64,000 nt of DNA from Octopus vulgaris (GCA_951406725.2 OX597840.1:2232001-2296000); one strand, 5' to 3'. Shown: positions 1-13,306, numbered from the stretch's first letter. Notes: generated by a model not told the origin, from the letters alone. Made by a program: numbers and translations.

Positions 1-20
1 ATATATATATATATATATGT

Positions 21-141
21 TGGCCTGCTCGCTCAGCCAGCGGGATGGCGTCATTTGAATGCTAAAACAATGCGAAGCGCATTGTGACCAGTGATGTGTA
101 GCAACATCTGATAGACTGGTCAGTCACGGTGATCACGGTGA
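21..141 (+). repeat. ~120-bp structured interspersed repeat embedded in (TA)n
   Basis: Reverse-complement copy at 8436-8553; contains hairpin ACAATGCG-aag-CGCATTGT; both copies flanked by TA tracts. Confidence 0.75.
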
Positions 142-214
142 TATATATATATACATACACACGCATACATACATGCATCCATCCATACATACATATATAC
201 GTACATGCATACAT

Positions 215-470
215 ATTTATGTGTGGAGGGTGTATTCTTTGTGTCTGTGTTTGTCAGTCACCACAGTTATTTGACCGGTGTTAGTGCGTTTAAGTCATAT
301 ATCGTGGCCGACCAGCGAAACAGATCAGTAGAATATGTACCAAACTTTCAAAAAAAAGAAAAAAGAAAATAAAACTGGTGGGAGATGTCAATCTGTAGAA
401 CAAAGACCTTAAAACTGATGTCTTTGCATGGCCGAAGTCAAATGAGTGAAACAAGTATAAGATAAAAGAA
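215..470 (+). mobile_element. Decayed 3' half of SINE family S1
   Basis: Matches the S1 tail (gcatggccgaagtcaaatgagtgaaacaagta) of the 5989-6425 copy. Confidence 0.7.
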
Positions 471-482
471 ATGCCCGCATAC

Positions 483-513
<31 letters not shown>

Positions 514-534
514 TGTACGTACTATGTATGTATG

Positions 535-591
<57 letters not shown>

Positions 592-621
592 GCGAGAAAG
601 AAGCAACAAGAATGGATAGGT

Positions 622-712
622 TTTTAGTACAATCGTTTCATACAAGGACAGGCTTTATTAAAAGTTGCAAAAATTACAGCATATAAACGTGTCCCGTACT
701 CATCAGCTAAAA
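622..712 (-). ncRNA. Type I hammerhead ribozyme motif (mirror copy of 1400-1490)
   Basis: Reverse complement of the 1400-1490 motif within the inverted repeat. Confidence 0.75.
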
Positions 713-1399
713 TACATGTGAGTTCTCTAGACATCCTAGTGGTTGAGGCTATACTCATGAAGTAATGTAGATAATTAAGTAACATAAACAGATTTCCAAA
801 GTTCATTAAAGTTCTTTAAAGATGATGTACAGTCTTCTCTTCCCTTCCCTTTTCTGTTCTTTGCCTCTCTAGAAAGCCCTTCAGCCTTTAAAAGTTAAAT
901 AGCTACAGCCTCTTTTAAATAGCAGTAATGTGATTAATGTGGCAAATACCTAATCATATAACAAGAATTGATACCTACCTCATTGTGTTCAACCATTGAT
1001 AAATTTATCGCCTGTGAATATGAAATTCCTCTTCATTTCTCTGGAAATTTACATCTACACCATTGGAAATCGTGCATCTATACAAAGGATTAATTCACCC
1101 TCTCTGTAATGCTAATAAGCAGGAATTGAGACCCACCTCGTTGTGATTAACAATGGATAAATTTGTCGTCTGTGAGTATGTAATCCCTCCTCATATCTCT
1201 GGAAATTCATATGTGCACTATGGATTAGGTCACCTTCTCTGTGATGCTATTAAAACTTTTTTAAAATTCTGTGATAAGACTGTACATCATCTTTAAAGAA
1301 CTTTAATGAACTTTGGAAATCTGTTTATGTTACTTAATTATCTACATTACTTCATGAGTATAGCCTCAACCACTAGGATGTCTAGAGAACTCACATGTA

Positions 1400-1490
1400 T
1401 TTTAGCTGATGAGTACGGGACACGTTTATATGCTGTAATTTTTGCAACTTTTAATAAAGCCTGTCCTTGTATGAAACGATTGTACTAAAA
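1400..1490 (+). ncRNA. Type I hammerhead ribozyme motif, canonical core, long stem II
   Basis: TTTTAG-CTGATGA-[gtacgggaca...tgtccttgtat]-GAAA-cgattg-TA-CTAAAA; stem I 6 bp; predicted cleavage after GUA at 1484. Confidence 0.75.
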
Positions 1491-1689
1491 ACCTATCCAT
1501 TCTTGTTGCTTCTTTCTCGCTTATAATCACCCCACATTACTGTATTGTTAAAACAGTATAGTTTTTTTTTTTGGTGCATCTAAGTTAGGTACCATATTCA
1601 AGTAAATTCATTTAAATTAACTTGAATCTTTATTGCTTTTTGAATATATATATATATATATATATATAATATCTGTACACCAGTTAGAA

Positions 1690-1965
1690 TTTACTTCACG
1701 TTGAGTAACCCACCCCACTCATAAGGTCCCTGAATAAGGGTTGTTTAAGGATGTTGAACGAAACACCCATGTTTTCTAATGTGACTTATCCAAACAACAC
1801 CAAAGAATCCCTCTCAACACACGCTATGATGCTCCCCCACTACTTCTGATTGTGATCAGAGATGCACATAACGTCAGCCACTAAGGGATATGGTCAACTG
1901 GTTATGGTCAAACGACTGTCAAGCAAATCTTTGGTATTGAGCAGAATATTTGCTTTAGCCCCATC

Positions 1966-1968
<3 letters not shown>
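1690..1968. repeat. Probable interspersed repeat fragment ending at (TTA)n
   Basis: Resembles, from memory, a common octopus repeat (ctatgatgctcccccactacttctg...gagcagaatatttgct); only one copy in the window. Confidence 0.4.
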
Positions 1969-2031
<63 letters not shown>

Positions 2032-2440
2032 ACTGGCAGAATCGTTAGCACGTCAGGCAAAAAACTGAGCGATATTTCGTCTGTCTATACGTTGTGAGAT
2101 CGAAATCCACCGAGGTCCACTTTACATTTCAAGCTTCAGGGTCGATAAAATAAGTTTCAGTGGAACACTGGGATCGATGCAATCGGCTTATCACCTATCC
2201 TTGAAACTGCTGGCCTTGTGCCAAAATATGAAAGCGACATTATGACTCTACCAAAGGCTGAGAGGTGGCAGGTACGTTAACACCATTTCGCATGTCTTTA
2301 CGTTCTCAGTTCACATTCCACAGGGGTCGACAGCCCTTCATCTTCGGGGTTGGACAATGGAAGTACCAGATGAGCATTGGGGTCGATTTAAACGCCTTAG
2401 CTGCCCTTCGGAATTGCTTGACTTGTGCCAAAATTCAAAA
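2032..2440 (+). mobile_element. Two decayed tandem copies of SINE family S2
   Basis: Similar to 9463-9893 (ctggcagaatcgttagcacg...ggggtcgataaaataag). Confidence 0.7.
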
Positions 2441-2459
2441 CAAAATTGATGATAGTTAG

Positions 2460-3315
<856 letters not shown>

Positions 3316-3427
3316 ATAGACAGTGTGACAAGATAAATAATAACGGTAATTAGATAAATGTTGTAATTTTCTCGTCTAGAACCAAATTAAATTTGTTAGG
3401 CCTTGTCTATTTAGAATAGATTGTAAA

Positions 3428-3458
<31 letters not shown>

Positions 3459-3540
3459 TGTATATATGTATATATGTATATTTGTATATATACATACATG
3501 CACACGTATATACATGTGTCCGTATGTATCCATATTTATG

Positions 3541-3582
<42 letters not shown>

Positions 3583-3597
3583 TACTTTATATATATA

Positions 3598-3640
<43 letters not shown>

Positions 3641-4079
3641 CACTTTTACATGAAAACTGGATTGCTCATATATAAAGAAATCTTCTGAAGCACCCATTCA
3701 TGTACGTACATTCGTAAACACACATATGCATATATATATATGTATATATATGTAAATGTATATATATAGATGTATATATATGTATATGTATGTAAATGTA
3801 TGTATGTGTATATACACACAGACACACACAAAGACAAACAGATATATATAGAGAGAAAGAGCGAGGGGGAGAGAGAGGGAGAGGCATAGAATCTAGATAA
3901 ATAGATGATAGACTGATTAAGAATTAAATATATTTAGATACAGATAACCATTCATACACTCATACACACACACAGGCACACACATATATGTATCAATGTA
4001 TATATATGTGTGTATATGTTTGTGCGTTTATGTATATATCTATATCTATATTTGAATGTATATATATATATACATACAA

Positions 4080-4117
<38 letters not shown>

Positions 4118-4191
4118 GTAATGTTGTGCGAGTTATTATTATTATTAGTAGTAGTAGTAGTAGTAGTAGTAGTAATAGTAGCAGCAGCAGC

Positions 4192-4246
<55 letters not shown>

Positions 4247-4483
4247 TTCTTGGTGGTGATGTTTTTGTTGTTGTTGTTGTTGATATTATATACACCTGGA
4301 TACTTGTATGGTTAAAGCAATATATGTAGAATTATCCAACGGAATATGTCTCAAAATTCTTATCTGATGAGAATATAATTGGTCTTATATATTAACTTTT
4401 GAGTCATCTATTTCCAATATCTACCCAATTGAGAGGAAACCAGTAAACGTTTAGTAACCCTTACAATTTACAAATATATATGC

Positions 4484-4559
<76 letters not shown>

Positions 4560-4595
4560 AAAGGTTTGAAAATGCAATTTAAACGATGTTTATTT

Positions 4596-4636
4596 ACTTA
4601 ACCGGTTTCACTCTTTGGTAAAAGATTGTCAAAAGT
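4596..4636 (-). ncRNA. Hammerhead-like motif with U3-A8 variant core
   Basis: Minus strand: ACTT-TTGACAA-tcttt tacc aaaga gt-GAAA-ccgg-TT-AAGT. Confidence 0.5.
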
Positions 4637-4775
4637 TACATTTAAGGAAACATTGAATAATATGGGTTCAAAAAAAGTTTTTATATATGTAGGTCCCGGG
4701 TTGAGTCGGGGTTAACCACAGTAAATAAGGTACTCAAAACATAGCAGAGTAAATTAATTTATTTTATAGACACCA

Positions 4776-4826
4776 AGCTTCCTGATGATTTCATTTGAAT
4801 GAAACAGTTCTAGTCCTGTAGAAGCT
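4776..4826 (+). ncRNA. Type I hammerhead ribozyme motif, canonical core
   Basis: AGCTTC-CTGATGA-tttcatttgaat-GAAA-cag ttctagtc ctg-TA-GAAGCT; stem I 6 bp, stem III 4 bp. Confidence 0.7.
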
Positions 4827-4874
4827 CCCTCTATAACATAAATATAAATATATATATATATATATGTGTGTGTA

Positions 4875-4905
<31 letters not shown>

Positions 4906-4953
4906 CTCTGTGTGTTTGTGTATGTATAAATATGTATATATACACATATATAT

Positions 4954-5003
4954 ACAAAACTGTTACCCAGAGTTTCTCGTTCCCGTTCATCGGACAGTTT
5001 TGT
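4954..5003 (-). ncRNA. Hammerhead-like motif (CCGATGA core)
   Basis: Minus: ACAAAACTGT-CCGATGA-acgggaacga-GAAA-ctctggg-TA-ACAGTTTTGT; 10-bp stem I. Confidence 0.6.
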
Positions 5004-5012
5004 TACAACCTA

Positions 5013-5063
5013 ACAAAACTGTCCGACGAACGGTAACAGGAAACTCTGAGTAACAGGTTTTGT
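5013..5063 (+). ncRNA. Hammerhead-like motif (CCGACGA core), inverted partner of 4954-5003
   Basis: ACAAAACTGT-CCGACGA-acggtaacag-GAAA-ctctgag-TA-ACAGGTTTTGT. Confidence 0.6.
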
Positions 5064-5164
5064 AATATTTCTGCAGCGTTTAATATAGCATAATACTCTA
5101 CCTTTGGTATTTGAATACTCTTTTACCACAGTGTCTCCCGTAAGTGTACTTACTCCGGTACATG

Positions 5165-5241
<77 letters not shown>

Positions 5242-5329
5242 TGCGTGCGTGAGTGTGTGTGTATGTGTGTCAATATATATATATATGTAGATATATATAT
5301 AATATAATATAACATAATGTAATATTGAT

Positions 5330-5500
5330 CGTTAGCCATTACACACATTTTTTCTCTCCTTTTTCTGTATCCCTTCCTGTAGAAGAACGTAGGCTCGAAA
5401 CGTGAAAGACTTTTTCTGTTCCTGGGCGTTATACTAATACATCTGTTTGTTTTGTACACCAACTGTCTTCGTCTTCTGTTTTTTTCGTAAACTCCCCCTA
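5330..5500 (+). mobile_element. PLE terminal-repeat-like fragment with decayed minimal hammerhead (5373-5408)
   Basis: cttc-CTGTAGA-a-gaacgtaggctc-GAAA-cg-TG-aaag followed by a pyrimidine-rich tail running into (TA)n. Confidence 0.4.
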
Positions 5501-5563
5501 TATATATATATATATATTTATACATATATGTATATAATATTACAAATAATTAAAATAAATATA

Positions 5564-5647
5564 AATCCCACAATTTGTTTCGACTCATATCTACTAGTGA
5601 ATTTATTAAAATTCGCATTTATGCATACGTGTCTCCTCTGGGTGATA
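5564..5647 (-). ncRNA. Decayed hammerhead motif with long stem II
   Basis: Minus: cc-CAGAGGA-gacacgtat...gaattt taat aaattc...atatgagtc-GAAA-caaattg-TG-gg. Confidence 0.45.
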
Positions 5648-5988
5648 TTTCCCCCCTCCACCCAAAAAACCCAGACAAGGACTGATTAAAAATATACCTG
5701 TGTTTACAAACGTGAGCGTTAACAATTCAAAAATATAATAGGATAAAAGACAACAAAATTTCAATTGGATAAAATAATTAGGTAAAGAAAATTTGCAACG
5801 GTCAAAAAATGTTTATATGGATCTCCAATAATATAATATTGAAATATCTAAAGATTAATCGAAAATAACCACGGGCCATTTTATTATATGATAATATCTT
5901 TATAATATGCTAAAAATTTATGTTGGGCTAGGAAATATAATCTTTTTTATAATTGCTATATGCTAGGATGATAAAAGATAAATAAATA

Positions 5989-6153
5989 GGCGCAGGAGTG
6001 GCTGTGTGGTAAGTAGCTTGCTAACCAACCACATGGTTCTGGGTTCAGTCCCACTGCGTGGCATCTTGGCCAAGTGTCTTCTACTATGACCCCGGGCCGA
6101 CCAATGCCTTGTGAGTGGATTTGGTAGACGGAAACTGAAAGAAGCCTGTCGCA

Positions 6154-6210
<57 letters not shown>

Positions 6211-6425
6211 TTTTGTGTGTCTGTGTTTCTCCCCCTAGCATTGCATGACAACCGATGCTGGTGTGTTTACGTCCCCGTCACTTAGCGGTTCGGCAAAAGA
6301 GACCGATAGAATAAGTACTGGGCTTACAAAGAATAAGTCCCGGGGTCGATTTGCTCGACTAAACGTGGTGCTCCAGCATGGCCGCAGTCAAATGACTGAA
6401 ACAAGTAAAAGAGTAAAAGAGTAAA
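5989..6425 (+). mobile_element. tRNA-derived SINE family S1, full length
   Basis: A/B-box-like head (tggctgtgtggt...gggttcagtccc), core ttggccaagtgtcttc, internal TA/TG linker, tail ending in (gtaaaaga)n; many copies in window. Confidence 0.9.
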
Positions 6426-6525
6426 TGAGGATAAAACAAAAAAAAAATAGACAACGATTCATTCACTCAAAAGTTTCTACTAAATTCGGTGATATTAGAC
6501 AAACGCAATTTCTTGCATAATTAAA

Positions 6526-6850
6526 GGAGCACTCTGTCGGTTACGACGATGAGGGTCCCAGCTGATACGATCAACGGAACAGCCTGCTCATGAAATTAAC
6601 GTGCAAATGGCTGAGCATTCCACAGACACATGTACCCTTAACGTAGTTCTCAGGGAGATTCAGCCTGAAACACAGTGTGACAAGGATGGCCCTGTGAAAT
6701 ACAAGTACAACTCATTTTTGCCAGCTGAGTGCACTGGAGCAACGTGAAATAAAGTGTCTTGCTCAAGGACACAACGCGTCGCCGGGAATCGAACTCACGA
6801 CCGTACAATCGTGAGCCGAATACCCTAACCATAAAACCACGCGCCTTCAC
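6526..6850 (-). mobile_element. tRNA-derived SINE, head A + tail X
   Basis: Minus: gaaggcgcgtgg...gagttcgattccc...tgtgtccttgagcaagacac...cgtcgtaaccgacagagtgc; homologous to 12988-13306. Confidence 0.9.
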
Positions 6851-7287
6851 CTGGCATAATAATGATAATAATATATAAATAAAGACAGTTTCAGAATTTG
6901 CTAAGTTTTAGAGAAGAAAACCAGAGTAAACCAATAGTTTTATTATTCTATAATATTTTTGTGTTCGAAAGATCATAATATGATTAAATATACTAAATAT
7001 TATAGTGTCTACAGCAAATATTCATATATGCGTAATTATTCAAAAAGATATATAATTATATATAATAATTATTCTAATTCATATATTCATACCAATATAA
7101 ACATTATTCTTAGTAAATAACAAGTAAAAAATACAAATTTACTTAGTTTATCAGAAGAACATACCACCGGAAATCAATGTCAATTTTTTTTTATAGATTG
7201 ATTACTTACGGAAAAAAATCCGTTATACGTACTTACAATAGAAATGGATTTAATCATGATAGGGCTCTTTATAAAATTATTCATATA

Positions 7288-7707
7288 GGCGCAGGCGTGG
7301 CTGTGTGGTAAGTAGCTTGTTTACCAACCACATGGTTCCGGGTTCAGTCCCATTGCGTGGCACCTTGGGCAAGTGTCTTCTACTATAGCCTCGGGCCGAC
7401 CAAAGCCTTGTGAGTGGATTTGGTAGACGGAAACTGAAAGAAGCCCGTCGTATATATGTATATATATATGTATGCGTGTCTATGTTTGTGTGTCTGTGTT
7501 TGTCCCCCCCTAGCATTGCTTGACAACTGATGCTGGTGTGTTTACGTCCCCGTTACTTAGCGGTTCGGCAAAAGAGACTGATAGAATAAGTACTGGGCTT
7601 AAAAAAGAATAAGTCCCGGGGGTCGAGTTGCTCGACTAAAGGCGGTGCTCCAGCATGGCCGCAGTCAAATGACTGAAACAAGTAAAAGAGTAGAGAGTAA
7701 AAGAGTA
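7288..7707 (+). mobile_element. SINE family S1, full length
   Basis: Highly similar to 5989-6425. Confidence 0.9.
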
Positions 7708-7852
7708 ATATTATTATTAAAATCAATTTATGTTTATAAATTTATAATCATTTAATGTAAGAAATGATATAAGTAAAATTTAATCTAATATATAGACGAT
7801 ATAATTAAAACTTATATGTATATGTATGTAGCTTTATGTATATTTGTCTGTA

Positions 7853-7901
<49 letters not shown>

Positions 7902-7914
7902 ATGTATATATATT

Positions 7915-7957
<43 letters not shown>

Positions 7958-8071
7958 ATATATTTATGTGTGTAGCTGTAAAAATATATATGTATTGGAT
8001 ATCTATATCTATTTAAGTGTATATATATGCATGTGAATATGTATGTGTATGAATATGTATATATATATGCA

Positions 8072-8405
8072 GAGCCCCGTTTCGGTCACGAGTGTCCATG
8101 GGATTGCACCTAGAAAGTTACCCTCTCAGGCACAAGTCCGGGCAAGGTTGTTTATGGAAGACCAGCAGTCGCCCATGCATACCGGCCTCCCCTCTCCACG
8201 CCACTGATGTTATCCAAGGGAAAGGCAAAGGAGCCGATACAGCTTGTCACCTGTGATGTCGCAGCTCATTTTTGCAGCTGAGTGAACTGGAGCAACGTGA
8301 AATAAAGAGTCTTGCTCAAGAACACAACACAGCCCGATCCGGGATTCGAACTCACAACCTCACGGTCGTAAGATCGTTTATCTAACAATTAAGCCAAGCG
8401 CCTTC
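8072..8405 (-). mobile_element. tRNA-derived SINE, head A + tail Y
   Basis: Same head and central block as 6526-6850 but an unrelated 3' half. Confidence 0.8.
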
Positions 8406-8435
8406 TTATATACATATATATATATATATATATAT

Positions 8436-8552
8436 CACATGATCACATGACCGACAACCCCATCAGATGTTGCTGCACATCGCTGGTCACAATGCGTTCG
8501 CATTGTTTTAGCCTTCGAATGACGCCAACCCGCTGGCTAAGCGAGCAGGCCA

Positions 8553-8553
<1 letters not shown>
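8436..8553 (-). repeat. Second copy of the ~120-bp TA-embedded repeat
   Basis: Reverse complement of 21-141. Confidence 0.75.
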
Positions 8554-8603
<50 letters not shown>

Positions 8604-8683
8604 TAGTGTATTATTATATTCGTATGTGTATATATATGTATATATATATTTATACACATACAGATATGCAGAGATATATATGC

Positions 8684-8724
<41 letters not shown>

Positions 8725-8972
8725 ATTATGTATACATACATTCATACATAAAAGACGAATATAATAATACATTGAGAAGGATGTATCATAAAGAATTAAA
8801 AATTATTTATAAATATATCAATGGCCAAACATGTAATCATAGATTTCATAAAAGAAGAGAGTTTATAATTATGAATAAATCACAATTATAACCGGGAGGG
8901 TTGCAAACCTACTTACATGTCCAGAAATAGCAGTTAAAAATCGCTATGAAAAACTATAACCATTCAAATTAT

Positions 8973-9361
8973 GGAGGAAGCACTCCGTCGGTTACGACGA
9001 CGAGGGTTCCGGTTGATCCGAATCAACGGAACAGCCTGCTCGTGAAATTAACGTGTAAGTGGCTGAGCACTCCACAGACACGTGTACCCTTAACGTAGTT
9101 CTCGGGGATATTCAGCATGACAAAGAGAGTGACAAGGCCGGCCTCTTGAAATACAGGTACAACGGAAACAGGAAGTAAGAGTGAGAGAAAGTTGTGGTGA
9201 AAGAGTACAGCAGGGATCACCACCATCCCCTGCCGGAGCCGCATGGAGCTTTAGGTGTTTTCGCTCAATAAACACTCACAACGCCCGGTCTGGGAATCGA
9301 AACCGCGATCCTATGTCCGCGAGTCCGCTGCCCTAACCACTGGGCCATTGCGCCTCCACTT
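8973..9361 (-). mobile_element. tRNA-derived SINE, head B + tail X, 12-bp TSD
   Basis: TSD CATTCAAATTAT at 8961-8972 and 9362-9373; head ggaggcgcaatggcccagtggttagg...ggtttcgattccc. Confidence 0.9.
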
Positions 9362-9462
9362 CATTCAAATTATATCTCGTCACGAATAGGCAGTCTGCGA
9401 GCGACATGACATAAAATCCACAATTCAAAAATAAAAGGTTATATATATACAACATAGAGAAG

Positions 9463-9893
9463 GAGAGCGGTGTCGAGCTGGCCGTAACGTCAGCACGCCG
9501 GGTGAAATGCTTTGCCGTATTTCGTCTGCCGTTACGTTCTGAGTTCAAATTTCGCCGAGGTCGACTTTGTCTCTCAGCCTTTCGGGGTCGATTAATTAAG
9601 TACCACTTACTCACTGGGGTCGATATAATCGACTTAATTTGTTTGTCTGCCCTTGTTTGTCCCCTTTGTGAGTAGCCACTTATTGGCAGTAAAGAAATAG
9701 GTATTTCGTCTGGCGTTACGTTCTGAGTTCAAATTCCGCCGAGTCGACTTTGCCTTTCAACCTTTCGGGGTCGATAAATTAAGTACCAGTTACGCACTGA
9801 GGTCGATGTAATCGACTTGCCCCTTTGTCTGTCCTTGTTTGTTTCCTCTATGTTTACCCCCTTGTGGACAATAAAGAAATAAGAAATAAGATA
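9463..9893 (+). mobile_element. SINE family S2: a full copy plus a tandem 5'-truncated copy
   Basis: gagttcaaattccgccgag...cctttcggggtcgataaattaagtacc block occurs twice; tail aataaagaaataag. Confidence 0.85.
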
Positions 9894-10559
9894 GAGAGTG
9901 AGAGGGGGAGAGAGAGAGAGAGAGACAAGCACATAATTACCGTCTACCGTATTCCCTCAAATACATTCGTTGTGTTTGGGCTATAGAAATCACATACGAA
10001 ATAAACCGGGCACTCGAAACGAACCCACAATTACGTACTAGCAATACAAGCTTCTTAACTATACAGATATGTTGCACATGTATTCATTATATACTTTTCT
10101 GTTTTTCAAAATTTGGCCGTGTTTGGAATGACATTTGGCTGCGATAACTAGCATATGGTATAACCATGTAATGGTCTCCCATCGCCTCCTCATATCGCGT
10201 AATTTGACATGAGGAAATACTTAACTGTGAGAGTAGTAAGAAGTCGATTGGAAGGAAGACACGAGAGGAGCGTAGGGGAGTAGTTGGAGGATAAGAGCAG
10301 AGGAGAAGAACCAGGTCACCGTGATCAGAATGGTCATTGATCGAACGCGATAGCATCTAGAATTTGTTTACTGCGAAAGAAAGGGAAATAGTTTAGACAG
10401 ATATTGAGGAATACAAAAACAAAAGGAAAAGCTCTAAATAGAGACACATACATATTGAGGATGACGAGCAGCAAAGAACATACTCACACAATCACCACTA
10501 GACAAATACATACATACACTACAACAAATATTTACACATTCTATCATTCTCTAGCCATG

Positions 10560-10639
<80 letters not shown>

Positions 10640-10649
10640 TGGATGGATG

Positions 10650-10760
<111 letters not shown>

Positions 10761-10828
10761 GGAAGGATGGATAGATAGATATATAGATAGATAGAGAGAT
10801 ATATAGACAGACACGTGCACACATATAC

Positions 10829-10894
<66 letters not shown>

Positions 10895-11190
10895 GCATAT
10901 CTATATATTTATGGATATATATGTATGTGTGTATGTATGTATGTATGTATGTATGTATGTAGAATAAGAATGAGTACAAAAGTGTATACATACACATTAA
11001 CAAAGCAACATATTCACGATCATGTTATTTATGTATACCTCTGTTTATATACATAACTACACACACATGTTCCTATATATAAATATATGTATACGCATGC
11101 ATATATATATGTATATATATACACATTTTTATCTATAATTATACACTCACACATGCGTGTGTTTGTGACAAAAAGAGAGTTTGTGCGTGC

Positions 11191-11247
<57 letters not shown>

Positions 11248-11453
11248 CTCACACAAGCGAACTTACAGTCATGTACACTTGCGAAATGTCCAAAGAACAT
11301 CAATATCTATACGTGTGTTACATAAATCTGTGGGAACAGCCACAAATACATATGCAACTATATGAATGTATATACATACATATATATACATATGTATATA
11401 TATATATATATATATATACATACATGCACGCATATTTATATATATATAAATAT

Positions 11454-11525
<72 letters not shown>

Positions 11526-12048
11526 TATATGGAGGCATATGTGTACGCATGCATAAAAATTACGATCGTTGAGATAATGCAAAACCATGTATAATCTATT
11601 ACATTGCCAATGTATCCATAGATTTACATTACGCTTACAGTGATGAATGTATATATATTCGAAACACATTCTTCACAAATTCGCTTCATATACACACACG
11701 CACACGACTCGCGTGTTACACAAGGAATTACTCTGACATATACATGCTTGTGAATGTACATATATGCATACACACACGCTCACACATATACATATATGCC
11801 TTTAAGTTTACATATATATATATACATGTATAAAGCTATCGAGATATTTGAGTGTATATATACATATGGTCATACACAAGCTCATTTATGCTCATATCTA
11901 TGCATGTTCCTGTGTGTGTATATATATATGTGCATATGTGTGTGTGTGTTTGTGCGCGTGCACGAACATATGTGCACATCGAAGCATTCATATATCAATG
12001 AATATGTATATAAATATATACGTATTATATATGTATAGATATAAATAT

Positions 12049-12087
<39 letters not shown>

Positions 12088-12196
12088 TAAACATACATAT
12101 GATGTATTCATTCAAACATGCATATATATATATATATATATATATTTATTTATACATACACATATATATATATATATATAAATATATTTTATACAT

Positions 12197-12239
<43 letters not shown>

Positions 12240-12395
12240 CATATATGTATATACATACGTATATATGTATATACATACATCCATATATATATATATATGT
12301 TCACATATACATAGATACACACACGCATAAATACATATAATCCTAAGATATATTATATGTGTATATGTATCTACATACATATATATACGTATATA

Positions 12396-12455
<60 letters not shown>

Positions 12456-12987
12456 TATATACATATATATATAGAAAGATAGATAGATAGATAGATAGAT
12501 ATGTATATATGTATATATATACACACATATATATATAGATATATATATAAACATACACAAATATATATATATAAACTGACGATTGCCGTTATGTGAAACA
12601 CTAGAGAATCGCCAGTGCTGGAAGCCAACGCGGAGTGTCTTCATATATTCTGCCCTCGTCGCATCACCTTAATATAAGTATAAATTATTGCTGCATCTCG
12701 GGATTCGATTAGCTGAACTGCTTCAGTATTTTCACTGATAATTCAAATAGTCACTCTGGAATAGAAGATTCCATCGTCTTCAGAATTGATTTCGTTGTTC
12801 TGTTGCGTCCAAGTTAATATGTGCCATCAAAGCAGGACCCTACGTTTATCCTGTCAGCGTTAGAATCTCTAATTGATTGATAACAGCATTTTCGGTTTAA
12901 ATAGAATGAGCAATGATAAAAGAGTTTGACCACGTTGTGGGTGACTGATACAATGAAATGCATAAGAGATTAAAAGGTGTCCATTGT

Positions 12988-13306
12988 GAGGGCGCGTGGC
13001 TTAGTGGTTAGGGCATTCGGCTCATGATCGTAAGGTTGTGAGTTCGATTCCCGGCGACGCGTTGTGTCCTTGAGCAAGACACTTTATTTCACGTTGCTCC
13101 AGTCCACTCAGCTGGCAAAAATGAGTTGTACTTGTATTTCAAAGGGTCAGCCTTGTCACTCTCTGTGTCACGCTGATTATCCCCGAGAACTACGTTAAGG
13201 ATACACGTGTCTGTGGAATGCTCAGCCATTTGCACGTTAATTTCACGAGCAAGCTGTTCCGTTGATCGTATCAGCTGGGACCCTCGTCGTCGTAACCGGC
13301 GGAGTC
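12988..13306 (+). mobile_element. SINE head A + tail X
   Basis: A box tggcttagtggt, B box gagttcgattccc; homologous to 6526-6850. Confidence 0.9.

Larger units (their letters stand above)
592..1645 (+). mobile_element. Fold-back hammerhead-bearing element (PLE-terminal-repeat/retrozyme-like) with 245-bp inverted repeats at 592-836 and 1276-1520
   Basis: Arms are reverse complements (identical 60-aa ORFs at 624-806 minus and 1306-1488 plus); TA tracts on both sides; 3' tail 1521-1645 homologous to 48071-48170 (minus). Confidence 0.75.

Noticed and set aside
624-1488. Two identical 60-aa ORFs as a duplicated gene
   Set aside because: By-product of the inverted repeat; overlaps the ribozyme fold and has no protein features
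592-1520. MITE/DNA transposon interpretation of the inverted repeat
   Set aside because: No TSD or recognisable TIR terminus, and homology to 48071-48374 extends beyond one arm
4360-4450. CTGATGA...GAAAccagTA possible hammerhead
   Set aside because: Stem I does not pair and stem II closure is unclear; at best heavily decayed
12575-12790. CTGACGA...GAAAcact/agtg (plus) and CTGAAGA...GAAA (minus)
   Set aside because: No convincing stem I or UH site
12988-13060. tRNA genes
   Set aside because: A/B boxes belong to SINE heads; no full cloverleaf and they continue into SINE bodies
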